NCBI GenBank assembly: GCA_022394755.1
Contig: JAGFCA010000023.1
Location: 17,342 to 81,341, forward strand
Direction: 5' to 3'
DNA: 64,000 bases
Origin: Candidatus Poribacteria bacterium
GTDB lineage: Bacteria > Poribacteria > WGA-4E > WGA-3G
Shown here: positions 18,997 to 29,584 of the stretch, piece after piece
Layout: the number at the start of each line of letters is the position of its first letter
Position numbering within the stretch: position 1 is the first letter of the stretch
Made by a program: the position numbers and the translations under genes
The notes under the pieces: model-generated
What the model was told of the DNA's origin: nothing
What the model saw: only the letters and a program-made list of their open reading frames with translations
The model's database searches: none

Positions 18997-19893
18997 TTAC
19001 TCAAGTTCTTTACCGACAATAAGTTTATATGCTTCGCGATATTTTTCACTTGTTTTTGAGATTACTTCATCAGGTAATTGAGGTGCGGGGGGTTGTTTAT
19101 TCCAACCAATTTCATTTAAATAATCTCGGACAAATTGTTTATCGAAACTTTGCTGTGATTTTCCTGGATCATATTGATCCGCTGGCCAGAATCGAGAAGA
19201 ATCAGGGGTAAACACTTCATCAATAAGAATTACCTCACCATCTCGTTCACCAAATTCAAACTTTGTATCGCAGAGAATAATTCCGGAATTCTCAGCATGT
19301 TTACTTGCAGCATTAAATAGATTAAAACTAATGTCGATTAATTGATCCGTCAAATCTGAACCCACTTGACTCCGCATTTCATCAATAGAAATTGGCTCAT
19401 CATGTTCGCCCTGCTCCGCTTTTGTAGTGGGAGTAAAAAGCAATTCAGGTAAACGGTCAGATTCTTTTAATCCATCAGGAAGTTTCTGACCACATATCTC
19501 ACCTGACTTTTGATATGAAGACCATCCTGATCCTGCCAGATACCCTCTTACAACACATTCTACATCTACACGTTTCGCTTTACGAACTAACATAGACCTA
19601 CCATATAATAGATCAGAGTCCTTCTTTACTTCCTCTGGATATTCTTCTACATTAGTTGTAATAAGATGATTCTCTACTACAGATCTGGTAAAATCAAACC
19701 AGAAAGAAGACAAACCAGTTAAGACTCTCCCTTTATCTGGTATACCATTTGGCAAGACCACATCAAATGCTGATATTCTGTCTGTAGACACAATTAGGTA
19801 TTCATCACCTAAGTCATATAGATCACGAACTTTCCCACTATGTGCTGGTTTTATATTCGATAACTCGGTTGAAGTAATTACATTATTGGACAT
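18997..19893 (-). CDS. purC: Phosphoribosylaminoimidazole-succinocarboxamide (SAICAR) synthase
   Basis: GKVRDLYD, STDRISAFD and LCDTKFEFG motifs. GGAGG RBS. Confidence 0.9.
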   Translation of the reverse strand: MSNNVITSTELSNIKPAHSGKVRDLYDLGDEYLIVSTDRISAFDVVLPNGIPDKGRVLTGLSSFWFDFTRSVVENHLITTNVEEYPEEVKKDSDLLYGRSMLVRKAKRVDVECVVRGYLAGSGWSSYQKSGEICGQKLPDGLKESDRLPELLFTPTTKAEQGEHDEPISIDEMRSQVGSDLTDQLIDISFNLFNAASKHAENSGIILCDTKFEFGERDGEVILIDEVFTPDSSRFWPADQYDPGKSQQSFDKQFVRDYLNEIGWNKQPPAPQLPDEVISKTSEKYREAYKLIVGKELE

Positions 19894-19912
19894 ATAAACC
19901 TCCAGTAAAACT

Positions 19913-20497
19913 TTATTCTGTAATAAGACTTTGTAATGCGAGTGCAGTACTATTTTCTGAATCTATACTCAGAGTATTTCTTATTTCATTGATAGTATTT
20001 TCTTTCTTTCCAAGATAATAGTAACAGGCTGCCTTCAAGGCATGCAAATTAGCTTCTGATGAATAATCGTGTCGGTACAAATACTGTTCATCCCCTTCTA
20101 ATGCATTTTCTATGGCACGTATTGCGGAATCGAAATCTGATTTGTTTTTATTTCGTAGATAGAGGACAGTAGCCAGACCTACCCAAGCATCGGCATTCAT
20201 TGGATTGATCTTCACAGCATTTTGAAATGATTCTTGAGAAAATTGTAATGACAGTGAAAGGCTTAAATTTGACCAACCTACACCATTATGTGCATCAGCA
20301 TATTCAGGATCTCCTTTTAATGCTCTTTTAAATGAAAGAAGAGATTGCGTAAAATCACCTGAATTATATGCAGACCATCCAATTTGGGTATGTTTAATGG
20401 TAGTAGCAGACTCAGATTCAGTGTCAGTGGAACATGCAAGATGAGTTACAATTAGAAAAATAATTAATACAAATCGGAGAATGTATTTTGTATTCAT
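19913..20497 (-). CDS. TPR-repeat lipoprotein
   Basis: Signal peptide with lipobox (HLACS). TPR-like A..Y...F..AL..DP...A..G.G repeats. Confidence 0.55.
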   Translation of the reverse strand: MNTKYILRFVLIIFLIVTHLACSTDTESESATTIKHTQIGWSAYNSGDFTQSLLSFKRALKGDPEYADAHNGVGWSNLSLSLSLQFSQESFQNAVKINPMNADAWVGLATVLYLRNKNKSDFDSAIRAIENALEGDEQYLYRHDYSSEANLHALKAACYYYLGKKENTINEIRNTLSIDSENSTALALQSLITE

Positions 20498-20540
20498 CTT
20501 GATTTAATCGTAAAAAAATAAATGACTTAGTCTAAGACCA

Positions 20541-23500
20541 TTATTCTGATTTTAGTGTTGAAATTAATGGAATTCGTAATGCAATACTAACAGCTAACAT
20601 ATTGGCAATTATACCGAAAATTAGTACAAAAAGCAAGGTGATGGATAGTGAAATCCAAGGAATTGATGGGAGTCCTCCTTGTATACCAATTATACCTACA
20701 ATCCCAGAGATAATGCCTATTAACATCCCAATTATTAGTAGAACACTACTCTCAAATAACAGTAGTCTTGATAATAGTCTACGACTGAAACCAAATGCTC
20801 TAAGTGTTGCTAATTCCCCTTTCCGTTCAATGATATTTCTGATCATTACCAACGCCATTCCAAATGTACCAATCAATAAGCCTAAACCCCCAAGACTTTG
20901 AAATGTCGATATATATGTGTTCTGAACTGATCTAAAGCCTGCTAAACGATCTGATGCAGAAGTAACATCAAAACCAAAATCAGATAATGTTGTTTCAAGT
21001 ATTTCTCCAGTTTCTTGACGAAGGGATTCAGGTGATTTTATTAAAAAGAATTGGTATCCTCTCTGACTTGGAAATAACTTTAGAAAATTAGTTTCAGATA
21101 TGATAAGTTGACTTTGGAATAAACTATTTTTAATAGTCTCAATTCTTAGATTCTGTGGCTGTCCAAATTCATCATCTATCACAAAATTCTCATTAGGGTC
21201 ATGCTGTAATATCCACTTTATCGAATTTTCATCACCTATTGTAGGAATTTGCCGATTCTGTTGAGTTCTTTGATTCAAATAAGTCCAGGGGTCTTGATTC
21301 AATATATCTGTGGGAGCACCAAGGATTTGAGGTTTCACCGGTTTGTATAGATTTAAACAACTAATATCTTCTCCAGGTAATACACGAAAAGATTGTATTT
21401 CTGAATCACCTATTAGTGTTGAGTCCTCAACAGAAAAGTTGAGTTTCCTTCTACCTTCGGTTGTATTGAGATCATGGACTATTGGAATAGAAGACTCAGC
21501 TACATAAGTATATTCACTTTGTGGGATAGCATCTTGTCTATTAGCTCCTACCGCAACAATAATACAACAAGCTAAACTTATTGTCATCACACAACTCTCA
21601 CTCCTGTTAGATTGTCTTGCAATATTCTTGATAGCGAAATGTAATCTACTCAAATTATGAGATATTTTATCGGATTTTAACCAACTACTAAACAGTACAA
21701 AGCACAATGTTAGATTACCAAGTGTGAACATTATAAAGCGTGATACAGGATTATCTATTTGCGTGAACTCATGTAAATTTACATTATTGATCAGTAAAAT
21801 AAAATTAATTAAAATAGCAGTAGTTGTACAAATAATACTGATTAATAAAGAAATAATATAATTATATACAGAGAAATCAGCAGGTTGCCTATGTAATCTT
21901 TTAAATATTAGAAAGATTAGACTGATGAAAATTCCTGTTGAAACATATAAATAGATTATGTCTTCCCATCCACCTGTAACAATATCACCAATTAGAATTA
22001 CACTGAATAAACTAACAATTAAAACTGATGAATATAGGAATTTCTTTATTGACTTATTTCTTTTCTCTGTGTCAACCTTTGATTTATCTATAGAATAGAC
22101 TGATAGATTATTCAATTTTCCAACTATTGATGCTTGATCAATTTTTCTAACAGCAAGGAAAATCGAATACATAACGACTATAGATGAAATTATTATGCCT
22201 ATGATAAGATTAATACTACGAACATGTAGACTTATAATAGGGGTGCCAATTGCTGGTAACCACCATGTGTGTAAACCATAGATTAATAATTTTGCATATC
22301 CAATTGCGAAAAGGCATCCAACCATACTCCCAATGATAGTCAGTAACATAGCCTCAGATAATAACCGTCTACGTATTTTATTAATCGTATACCCCATTGA
22401 TTGTAGTATACCGATTTCTCGTGATCTCTGTTCCACTCCCAATTTAAACACTAAACCAATCAGAATAGCAGCAGCAATTATGATTAATCCACTCATACTA
22501 CTAAATAACATAGCAAAATCAGATGAGCCTTTAGCTGATATTAACCCATCTGATCTTATGGAAATGAGCTGAAATCCTAATTGTTGCAGATCCAAAGAGG
22601 ATAATAATTCAGATTCTAATAAAGTTTTTGTCTCATGAATAGTTTGGTCCGGTATCGCTCCAAACCGTATTGATGTAAGTACCCCAAAACGGTTTTTCCA
22701 TAGTTTTTGTCCATTTTTTAGAGTGATAAAACCTTTGGGAATTGTCTTATACTTATCCCAATATTCTTCGTCTTTATCTCGTATTAGTGAATAATCAAGT
22801 GGAAATGGAGAGTTCCATTCAGAAATATTATCGGTTTCATGTATTCCAGGAAACTGGGGAATTAAGTGTGTATCAGCAAATATACCATCAATTTCAACAA
22901 TTCCTTTAACTAAGAAATATGCAGTCTCAGTAATATATTCACTTTTAGTTGTCATTTTATAGTAACTCAGACTCACCTTATCCCCAATCTTCACCCCAAG
23001 ATCTTCAGCTGCCCATTTATTCAGATAAATTTCATCAGAACTATAGAATCTACTTATTTGATTGATTTTACTATTTAATTCATCGATAACAATTTCATAT
23101 TGAGATTTTGTAATTTGATATTCTGCTTTGTTAGAATGAGCAGTGGTTTGAATTTCCATCAATCTATCTTGAAAGTCTTTAAATTGTCCTTGATATTCTT
23201 TTTCAATATCTGAGACTTTTTTCTTAGATAAAGTCTTTTCTTCTATTTCTCGTTCAGTGAAAGCATCTTCATCACTTCTCGTATTTGTTGCATTGAACAT
23301 ATTAGCAAATTCGACGTTTTCCAATGGGGCAGCCAAGATAGTAGAGTAAGGAATACTCTTAAGTTCAAGGTCTTCAATTTCATTTTCTGCACCAATTTTA
23401 GTAATTCTATTTGCCAGATAGGTTAATGTAGGTAGTAAAGGTATATTGTTTTTGGTTGCAATTTCAATGATAGTATTTTCAATGTATGGAGAAAGTATAT

Positions 23501-24275
23501 ATTGTTCTGATTGTATATCAATATTTTCGTGATTCTGACGGAGATTAATTCCAATTCCATCTAAAGTAAGTTCTATCTGTTCATTGGTTATCGCCTCTTC
23601 ATCAGTAGTAAAAACTGCATTAACCTTATCTTTTTGACTAAGTTCTTCTTGTAGAACATTGAGTGGTATATATATATTTAAGGGCAGACTCTGATGAGAA
23701 TTAAGATTGAATCTACCTCCATGAGCTGATGTAACTATATCACTTATAACTACTCTTATTGAATTAACTATTTCTTCTGTATCGGTATTACCTAATAAGA
23801 ATTCTGGGTGAATTTGTCCTGTGTTTGGGATTCTAACGAGAATTGAATCACCGATTTCAACATTTAGGTCTTTCTTAAGATATTCATTTATAATGACGTT
23901 AGGAAAAACATCATTATTGGAACTTACCCAATTTGGAGTTGATTGCTCCCATAGATTAAAGAATGTGTCTTCAACCCCCAGTATATTAACTTTGGATGCA
24001 CGAGCTTTTGTAGATGGAACATCAACAGTTCCATTAAGAATAATTACTGGATAGGAATTGGGATCTTTTACTATCTTCGGATCAAAGAAATTTTCAGCAA
24101 CCAATGCATGGTGAATATTCCCAAGACGTTCCAAGGTTAAATCATAGAGACTTCCACGCATGGAATCGCCAACAATTAATGAACCAACAAGAACACCTGT
24201 TGCTAATGCTATACATAGCAATAGTGTGAGATTGATTCCCCAATAAAATTTGACTGTTGACCAAAATGATTGCAT
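20541..24275 (-). CDS. Large ABC transporter permease with two FtsX/MacB-type domains
   Basis: 1244 aa. N-terminal TM plus a large extracytoplasmic domain, then FtsX-like 3-TM blocks near aa ~590-720 and at the C-terminus (LGLLIGTFGMALVM...). Extra TM helices lie between them. Located directly downstream of the ABC ATPase. Confidence 0.7.
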   Translation of the reverse strand: MQSFWSTVKFYWGINLTLLLCIALATGVLVGSLIVGDSMRGSLYDLTLERLGNIHHALVAENFFDPKIVKDPNSYPVIILNGTVDVPSTKARASKVNILGVEDTFFNLWEQSTPNWVSSNNDVFPNVIINEYLKKDLNVEIGDSILVRIPNTGQIHPEFLLGNTDTEEIVNSIRVVISDIVTSAHGGRFNLNSHQSLPLNIYIPLNVLQEELSQKDKVNAVFTTDEEAITNEQIELTLDGIGINLRQNHENIDIQSEQYILSPYIENTIIEIATKNNIPLLPTLTYLANRITKIGAENEIEDLELKSIPYSTILAAPLENVEFANMFNATNTRSDEDAFTEREIEEKTLSKKKVSDIEKEYQGQFKDFQDRLMEIQTTAHSNKAEYQITKSQYEIVIDELNSKINQISRFYSSDEIYLNKWAAEDLGVKIGDKVSLSYYKMTTKSEYITETAYFLVKGIVEIDGIFADTHLIPQFPGIHETDNISEWNSPFPLDYSLIRDKDEEYWDKYKTIPKGFITLKNGQKLWKNRFGVLTSIRFGAIPDQTIHETKTLLESELLSSLDLQQLGFQLISIRSDGLISAKGSSDFAMLFSSMSGLIIIAAAILIGLVFKLGVEQRSREIGILQSMGYTINKIRRRLLSEAMLLTIIGSMVGCLFAIGYAKLLIYGLHTWWLPAIGTPIISLHVRSINLIIGIIISSIVVMYSIFLAVRKIDQASIVGKLNNLSVYSIDKSKVDTEKRNKSIKKFLYSSVLIVSLFSVILIGDIVTGGWEDIIYLYVSTGIFISLIFLIFKRLHRQPADFSVYNYIISLLISIICTTTAILINFILLINNVNLHEFTQIDNPVSRFIMFTLGNLTLCFVLFSSWLKSDKISHNLSRLHFAIKNIARQSNRSESCVMTISLACCIIVAVGANRQDAIPQSEYTYVAESSIPIVHDLNTTEGRRKLNFSVEDSTLIGDSEIQSFRVLPGEDISCLNLYKPVKPQILGAPTDILNQDPWTYLNQRTQQNRQIPTIGDENSIKWILQHDPNENFVIDDEFGQPQNLRIETIKNSLFQSQLIISETNFLKLFPSQRGYQFFLIKSPESLRQETGEILETTLSDFGFDVTSASDRLAGFRSVQNTYISTFQSLGGLGLLIGTFGMALVMIRNIIERKGELATLRAFGFSRRLLSRLLLFESSVLLIIGMLIGIISGIVGIIGIQGGLPSIPWISLSITLLFVLIFGIIANMLAVSIALRIPLISTLKSE

Positions 24276-24295
24276 TGTTACTTTATTAGGAAGGA

Positions 24296-25018
24296 TTAAT
24301 CGGAATGAATTTCATTAAAATTATCTTGGGTATTTGCTACACATTTACCATTAACTAAATTTAGCTGATAAGTGAATTTTGAAGCAAAATTTAGGTTGTG
24401 GGTAACAACGATGAGAAGAGTATTTTCAGTTGAGTGTAGATCGAATAGTAAGTTTGCAATTTCCTCAGTTGTAGCTTCATCCAGATTACCTGTTGGTTCA
24501 TCACAAAGAATGATACTCGGTCTGTTGATAAGCGCACGAGCGATTGCAGCACGTTGTCTTTCACCCCCGGATAATTCTCCTGGGCGATGTGATATACGTT
24601 CTGATAAACCAACCTTTTGTATAAGATTCTCTGCATACTCAGTAGCATCAGATTTCTTTCTAAAGGCAAGAGTCGGAAGAAGTATATTTTCTAAAACTGA
24701 ATATTGAGGTAGTAAATGATGATCTTGGAATACAAAACCGATCATCAAATTTCGGTATTGTGCAATTTCTGGTTCAGACAATTCAAATGGATTAATTCCA
24801 TCAATTTCGACTGTTCCCTGGGTGGGAGATTCTAACGTACCGATTATATGTAATAATGTACTCTTTCCAGATCCTGACGGTCCAGTAATTGCAATTGAAG
24901 CACCAGATTCAAATGTGAATGTAATATCCTGTAGGACCTGTAAGGTTCCATAGGATTTATTCATTCTGTGAATACTTAGTTTATGTTTCTTATTTTTCTT
25001 TTCTTCAATAAAATTCAT
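24296..25018 (-). CDS. ABC transporter ATP-binding protein (LolD/MacB-type)
   Basis: Walker A GPSGSGKSTLL, signature LSGGERQRAAIARAL, Walker B ILCDEPTGNLD. Confidence 0.9.
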   Translation of the reverse strand: MNFIEEKKNKKHKLSIHRMNKSYGTLQVLQDITFTFESGASIAITGPSGSGKSTLLHIIGTLESPTQGTVEIDGINPFELSEPEIAQYRNLMIGFVFQDHHLLPQYSVLENILLPTLAFRKKSDATEYAENLIQKVGLSERISHRPGELSGGERQRAAIARALINRPSIILCDEPTGNLDEATTEEIANLLFDLHSTENTLLIVVTHNLNFASKFTYQLNLVNGKCVANTQDNFNEIHSD

Positions 25019-25075
25019 AGAAAATAAAAATTATACTATTTTCTAAAAAGTGGATTAGAATATCATTATTGTAAA

Positions 25076-25486
25076 TTAGATTGAAATCTGATTTGAGATA
25101 ATTTCTGGGATTGATATAGGTCGTAATTTCTGTCCAGGATTAGTGATGCAACAAACAGTAGTTACTTCACCTCGAGCAACATCTCTACCATCAAGTGTAA
25201 ATTGGAATAGATATGTAATTGATTTTGTTCCAATCTTTTTTATACTTAGTCTTATATCTACTTCATCTTCAAATCGTAATGGACTAAGATACTCACAAGA
25301 AGCTGTAAGTCTTGGCCATCCAATTTCATTCCCATCAATAGTTGTTGAAACACTTGTCCCTAAACTTCTTAGGAATTCATGTTCCACAGATTCCATAAAG
25401 ACAAAAAAACGAGTAAAGTGAACAATTCCTGCCATATCAGTATCTGAAAATTCAATCTTTCTTTTTGTGCTGAATTCAGTAGGCAT
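25076..25486 (-). CDS. Acyl-CoA thioesterase, 4HBT/YbgC hot-dog fold
   Basis: 136 aa. IEFSDTDMAGIVHFTRFF is typical of YbgC/4HBT thioesterases. Confidence 0.7.
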   Translation of the reverse strand: MPTEFSTKRKIEFSDTDMAGIVHFTRFFVFMESVEHEFLRSLGTSVSTTIDGNEIGWPRLTASCEYLSPLRFEDEVDIRLSIKKIGTKSITYLFQFTLDGRDVARGEVTTVCCITNPGQKLRPISIPEIISNQISI

Positions 25487-25563
25487 ATTGTTGACTATTA
25501 ATTTCTCAATTCTGGACTTTAGTATTTCAATTCACGGCATATTTAATTTACAGATAGATATTA

Positions 25564-26970
25564 CTAATTCTTTGGATATTCTGGTACATCTTCATAACGA
25601 CTCCACGTTTCAGAATGGATTTTCCAGTAACCATCAGCAGGATCAACTATGAGATCTAACTTTTTTGTTCCTATATCTGAATATGCAGGTCGTGAACCAG
25701 ATGCAGGTGTGCCTTTAAATTTTTGTAGAAAAGTCACATCTGCCACAGCACGATCACCATCAATTACAAGATTAGAAATCTTCACTTGTATTTCCGAATA
25801 CATTAGATTCAATTTTTGCATCTTCTGCTTCAATTGTCTTTTATTTAAATATGTATTGGTTTCTCTGCCACCGCGTACAGTAACTCGTGTAATCAAAGCT
25901 TTTTCAGCATATATAGACATGTATGTCTCAAGATCCTTTTCTTCCCATGCAGTTTGCCATTTTGCGAGTATCTGACTAACTTTCAGTTTTGTATCAAGTG
26001 GAGCTGTTCCATTAAAGATATCTGATTCCTGATTTATTGGTAATGCTTCTTCTGTAATTGGCTCATCTTTTACAATTGGTATATCAGAGATGTAATCGCC
26101 ACCGGCTTCATCATTTATAAGTTTCCATCGTCTAAATAAGAAACCGCGTTTATCAATTGTTAGTGTTCGAGAATGTGTTTCTACAAATGCGCCACTGCTA
26201 TGAATAGTGACACTAATATTATCTACCAAATATCGTGTTTTTGAAAATGCAATAGAAGTATATACAGCCTGACTAAGATCGACAGTTAAGTCTTGAGAGA
26301 TTTGAACAGCAGCCAATTGATAATTCTCATTTTTCGTTTTTCGCGCTTTTTTATCCCAAAGTGATGTATATTTCTTTACATTCTTTGTCTCAAGTGCTTT
26401 CTTCCATTCTAAAACAAATGGTACAACAGGACTATCAGCAGAAGATTCTGTTTCTACAACAGATTCTTCTGGTTCAAATTTGGTAATATCAGTAGTAATT
26501 TCTTCACTTGTAACTTGATCCTTAATTAGTTTCCATCGCTGTTGAATTATTCCTGTTTTTGCGATTGTTAGAGTTCTTAACTGTTGTAAGGGTTCACCAG
26601 GAGTGTAAATAAGGATAGGAATATCTTCTATTCTCAGATAGTGTGGATTCTGTGGATCCTTTCTTGTTCTATTCTCAGCATTTGTTATTTTTACATCAAT
26701 CCGTGAGTTTTCTTTAAATAGTTGTGCTGTATCCTGATAACCAGTATTTGATTTGTTACGAGCATTCTTTCCCCATAAGAGATCATACTTTTGAATATCA
26801 CCTGATTCTAAGGCACTTTTCCATCTAACCATGAATGCTATTGAAGATTCATTCGTCCGTGTTAATAATACTCCGCAGACTAATAAAATGATAACAACAG
26901 CTGCTATTCCTCCCCATTTAAGGGAGTCTGGTATTCTCTTATTAGTATTATTTGATACTTCATTTTGCAT
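25564..26970 (-). CDS. Membrane-anchored protein with three tandem NTF2/SnoaL-like (Cds6-like) domains
   Basis: One N-terminal TM helix. Three internal repeats start WKSALESGDIQKY..LW, WKKALETKNVKKY..LW and WQTAWEEKDLETY..IY, and each ends in a WK(L/I) strand. ATG 26970 preferred (AGGTG RBS) over GTG 26979. Confidence 0.5.
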   Translation of the reverse strand: MQNEVSNNTNKRIPDSLKWGGIAAVVIILLVCGVLLTRTNESSIAFMVRWKSALESGDIQKYDLLWGKNARNKSNTGYQDTAQLFKENSRIDVKITNAENRTRKDPQNPHYLRIEDIPILIYTPGEPLQQLRTLTIAKTGIIQQRWKLIKDQVTSEEITTDITKFEPEESVVETESSADSPVVPFVLEWKKALETKNVKKYTSLWDKKARKTKNENYQLAAVQISQDLTVDLSQAVYTSIAFSKTRYLVDNISVTIHSSGAFVETHSRTLTIDKRGFLFRRWKLINDEAGGDYISDIPIVKDEPITEEALPINQESDIFNGTAPLDTKLKVSQILAKWQTAWEEKDLETYMSIYAEKALITRVTVRGGRETNTYLNKRQLKQKMQKLNLMYSEIQVKISNLVIDGDRAVADVTFLQKFKGTPASGSRPAYSDIGTKKLDLIVDPADGYWKIHSETWSRYEDVPEYPKN

Positions 26971-26990
26971 GTTATTCACCTACCATCTAC

Positions 26991-28340
26991 TTAGAATTTT
27001 GGGATATTATCATAAATTTGCCAAGTTTCACGATATATTTTCCATTCATTTTGAACTTGATGTACCCAAATTTCTCGAATCCATATCTGATACAAAGCTG
27101 TATCATCCTCTGTCTGTGCTGGTGTAACCAATCTACTATACTTATATGTACCAATCACACTATTCTGTTCAACCTGAAATAAATCTTTATCATCAGTTTT
27201 TTGCCAAGGATGTTTTCTAAATTCATTCAGCTCAGTTTCTAACTGATTCCTATTTAACATTGATGTATTTTCTTTACTTTCTACGGTATGAATTCTATTG
27301 ATTGTAGTGTTTGGAGCATAATAAGCAAGATGGGCTTTCACATTAGAACGATTCCATTCGTTTTCCCATCCCTTCAATGCAGATTTCCCAGCATTAATTT
27401 GTTGAGTTGAAAGAGATGTTCTACCAGTACGTACAGGTTTTTGACTATCAAGTTGACGCACATAAGCTCGTGCTTTCTCTGCTTCTTTCTTAAGATATTC
27501 TGAATGTTCGGCAGCAATATTTCTTTTTTGTGCCTCTGCAAGCTTGGCAGTATAATTTTTCGCTTGCTCTCTAATTTGATTTTTGAGAGATTCAACTTCT
27601 GCATAAGCAGTTCTTTTTTGTCGACTGGCAGATTTTGCGATAGAATCGGCTGCAGCAAGTTTACGGGATAAATCCTTTACTTCATTCCCATAGTTCCGTA
27701 CTTTTGTTTCGGACTGTGAAATTCGGTTTTTTAGTGAATTTAACTCTTGATTAACTTGAGATAACTTATCTTTATTCAAACTGTTCTTCTGTACGATTTC
27801 TCTTTTTTCACTATTAAGAGAAGTTATAGTATTGTTTAGGTTTCTTTCAGTATCTTGTAATCTTTGTAATCCTTTTTCCAAATCAGAGATTTTACTGTTT
27901 TGGTTTTTAAGCTCATTCTTTAAATTTCCGATTTCAGACTCTTTTGCCAATAAATGAGCATTCCTAATAGCATTATTGGAATTTTGAATTGCTTCATATT
28001 TTGCTAACTTAGCATATGAATATGCAAGATTTGCTGATTTTAAAGCAGTTACTCCATTTTTTTCTTCTAATGCGTCTTTTGCTTTTTCAAGTTCAGTTTC
28101 TGCCATTTCAAACTGCTCGAAAGCAAGTGAATCTGCTTTTACATCAAGGGCATCATTGATTGCTTTTTCTACTTGTACAATGATACTTTGGACATCGTTT
28201 TTTTCGATTGTTCCAAGCTTTCCACCACAACCAATCAGTAAGATTACTAAGAGTATACTTCCTGCAATAAAGAACGTGTTTGAATATTTGTGAATATTGA
28301 TTTGTACTTGTTTTTCTGATGAACTGTAATGTTTTACCAT
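26991..28340 (-). CDS. Coiled-coil lipoprotein with a C-terminal NTF2-like domain (paralogous to the domains of the downstream gene)
   Basis: Lipobox LIGCGG. About 250 aa of heptad-rich sequence. The C-terminus LKGWENEWNRSNVKAHLAYY...NEWKIYRETWQIYDNIPKF mirrors the end of the 25564-26970 protein (YWKIHSETWSRYEDVPEYPK). Confidence 0.5.
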   Translation of the reverse strand: MVKHYSSSEKQVQINIHKYSNTFFIAGSILLVILLIGCGGKLGTIEKNDVQSIIVQVEKAINDALDVKADSLAFEQFEMAETELEKAKDALEEKNGVTALKSANLAYSYAKLAKYEAIQNSNNAIRNAHLLAKESEIGNLKNELKNQNSKISDLEKGLQRLQDTERNLNNTITSLNSEKREIVQKNSLNKDKLSQVNQELNSLKNRISQSETKVRNYGNEVKDLSRKLAAADSIAKSASRQKRTAYAEVESLKNQIREQAKNYTAKLAEAQKRNIAAEHSEYLKKEAEKARAYVRQLDSQKPVRTGRTSLSTQQINAGKSALKGWENEWNRSNVKAHLAYYAPNTTINRIHTVESKENTSMLNRNQLETELNEFRKHPWQKTDDKDLFQVEQNSVIGTYKYSRLVTPAQTEDDTALYQIWIREIWVHQVQNEWKIYRETWQIYDNIPKF

Positions 28341-28474
28341 GTTTATCCTTACTCCTATTTCAAATTATACAATGATATCAATCACTACCAAATATACATA
28401 ATAATTACAGGTACCAACATTTTCTTGTCTAATTATCTGTATATTGAGTTATGTATCTTCAAGAAAATTTTCTG

Positions 28475-29584
28475 TTATTCAAAAATTGGTAATGTCATTA
28501 CTGATAATTGAGAAGTGCCTGTTTTCATTTGTAGCAACGAATCCTTAATTGCTGTTGCTCTTGTTTCTCCTAATCCATCAACACTCTGTAATTCATCAAT
28601 ATTAGCTGTACGAATGGAATACAGAGTTTTAAAATGTTGAATTAGTTGTTCGCTCACCTTCATGGATATGTGTGGGATTTGACTTAACATTCTATATCCA
28701 CGTGGTTCAATTATATCGTCACCTGTTAATTTCTCATTCTTATATCCAAGTGCATTAATTATTTCTGACTTTGATGTCAATTGAGAAGCATCGAAACCGA
28801 ATATTTTTTCATATACTTCATTCTCTTCGTATATATCCTGAATGTAATAGTCTTTAATTGTTAACATTCCACGGTCAATTTCCTGAGATAAATCAGTCGG
28901 TACTAAATGTAATGACTGTGCTTCTGTACCTAATTCAATTTTGTATCTATTAAGTTCTTCTTCTGTACGTCTGACACGTTCACAATCACAGATCGCAGTA
29001 ACTACATTATCTAATGTGACACTATCATTAAGTTCAGCCCAATTTAGGGAAGATAGAGAACTCTGCATAGCTTTAATATATAAGCTAAGTGACAAGAAAG
29101 CTTGATTTGCCCCAGATAAAAGTATAGTACGATCTCTGAATTGATATCTATGTGATCCTGAATACATAGTGAGGGTGTTTCTACGTCGTGAAACAGCAAG
29201 TACTATTTGACCTGTATCCTTAGAAAATTTCTCCGCTGCTTTATGACGTAATCCCGTTTCATTAGATGAATATGAAGGATTGATTCTCAAAGTGACATTA
29301 GCACGGACAATTCTTTTCATGTCAGATGAAAGTAGAATTGCACCATCCATCTTTGCAAGTTCAGCCAAACGTGTTGGACTATATTGACAATTAATTCTGA
29401 AACCACCTTCAGTCAAACTAAGTACTTCTGGGGTATCACCGATAACAATTAACCCGCCATTCTTACCTTGAATAATATAGTCTATGCCTTCTCTTAAAGA
29501 TGTACCAGGAGAAAGTAATTTTAATGTGTTATGTAAGTCGTTTTCTAAGAGTTTTCTTGAATTTAAATCACGCAGTTTAATCAC
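28475..29584 (-). CDS. disA: DNA integrity scanning protein DisA (diadenylate cyclase)
   Basis: N-terminal DAC domain (LSPGTSLREGIDYI, DGAILLS, GLRHKAAEKFS...VLAVSRRRNTLTMY), a linker, and a C-terminal helix-hairpin-helix (SVDGLGETRATAIKDSL). GTG start. Confidence 0.8.
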   Translation of the reverse strand: MIKLRDLNSRKLLENDLHNTLKLLSPGTSLREGIDYIIQGKNGGLIVIGDTPEVLSLTEGGFRINCQYSPTRLAELAKMDGAILLSSDMKRIVRANVTLRINPSYSSNETGLRHKAAEKFSKDTGQIVLAVSRRRNTLTMYSGSHRYQFRDRTILLSGANQAFLSLSLYIKAMQSSLSSLNWAELNDSVTLDNVVTAICDCERVRRTEEELNRYKIELGTEAQSLHLVPTDLSQEIDRGMLTIKDYYIQDIYEENEVYEKIFGFDASQLTSKSEIINALGYKNEKLTGDDIIEPRGYRMLSQIPHISMKVSEQLIQHFKTLYSIRTANIDELQSVDGLGETRATAIKDSLLQMKTGTSQLSVMTLPIFE

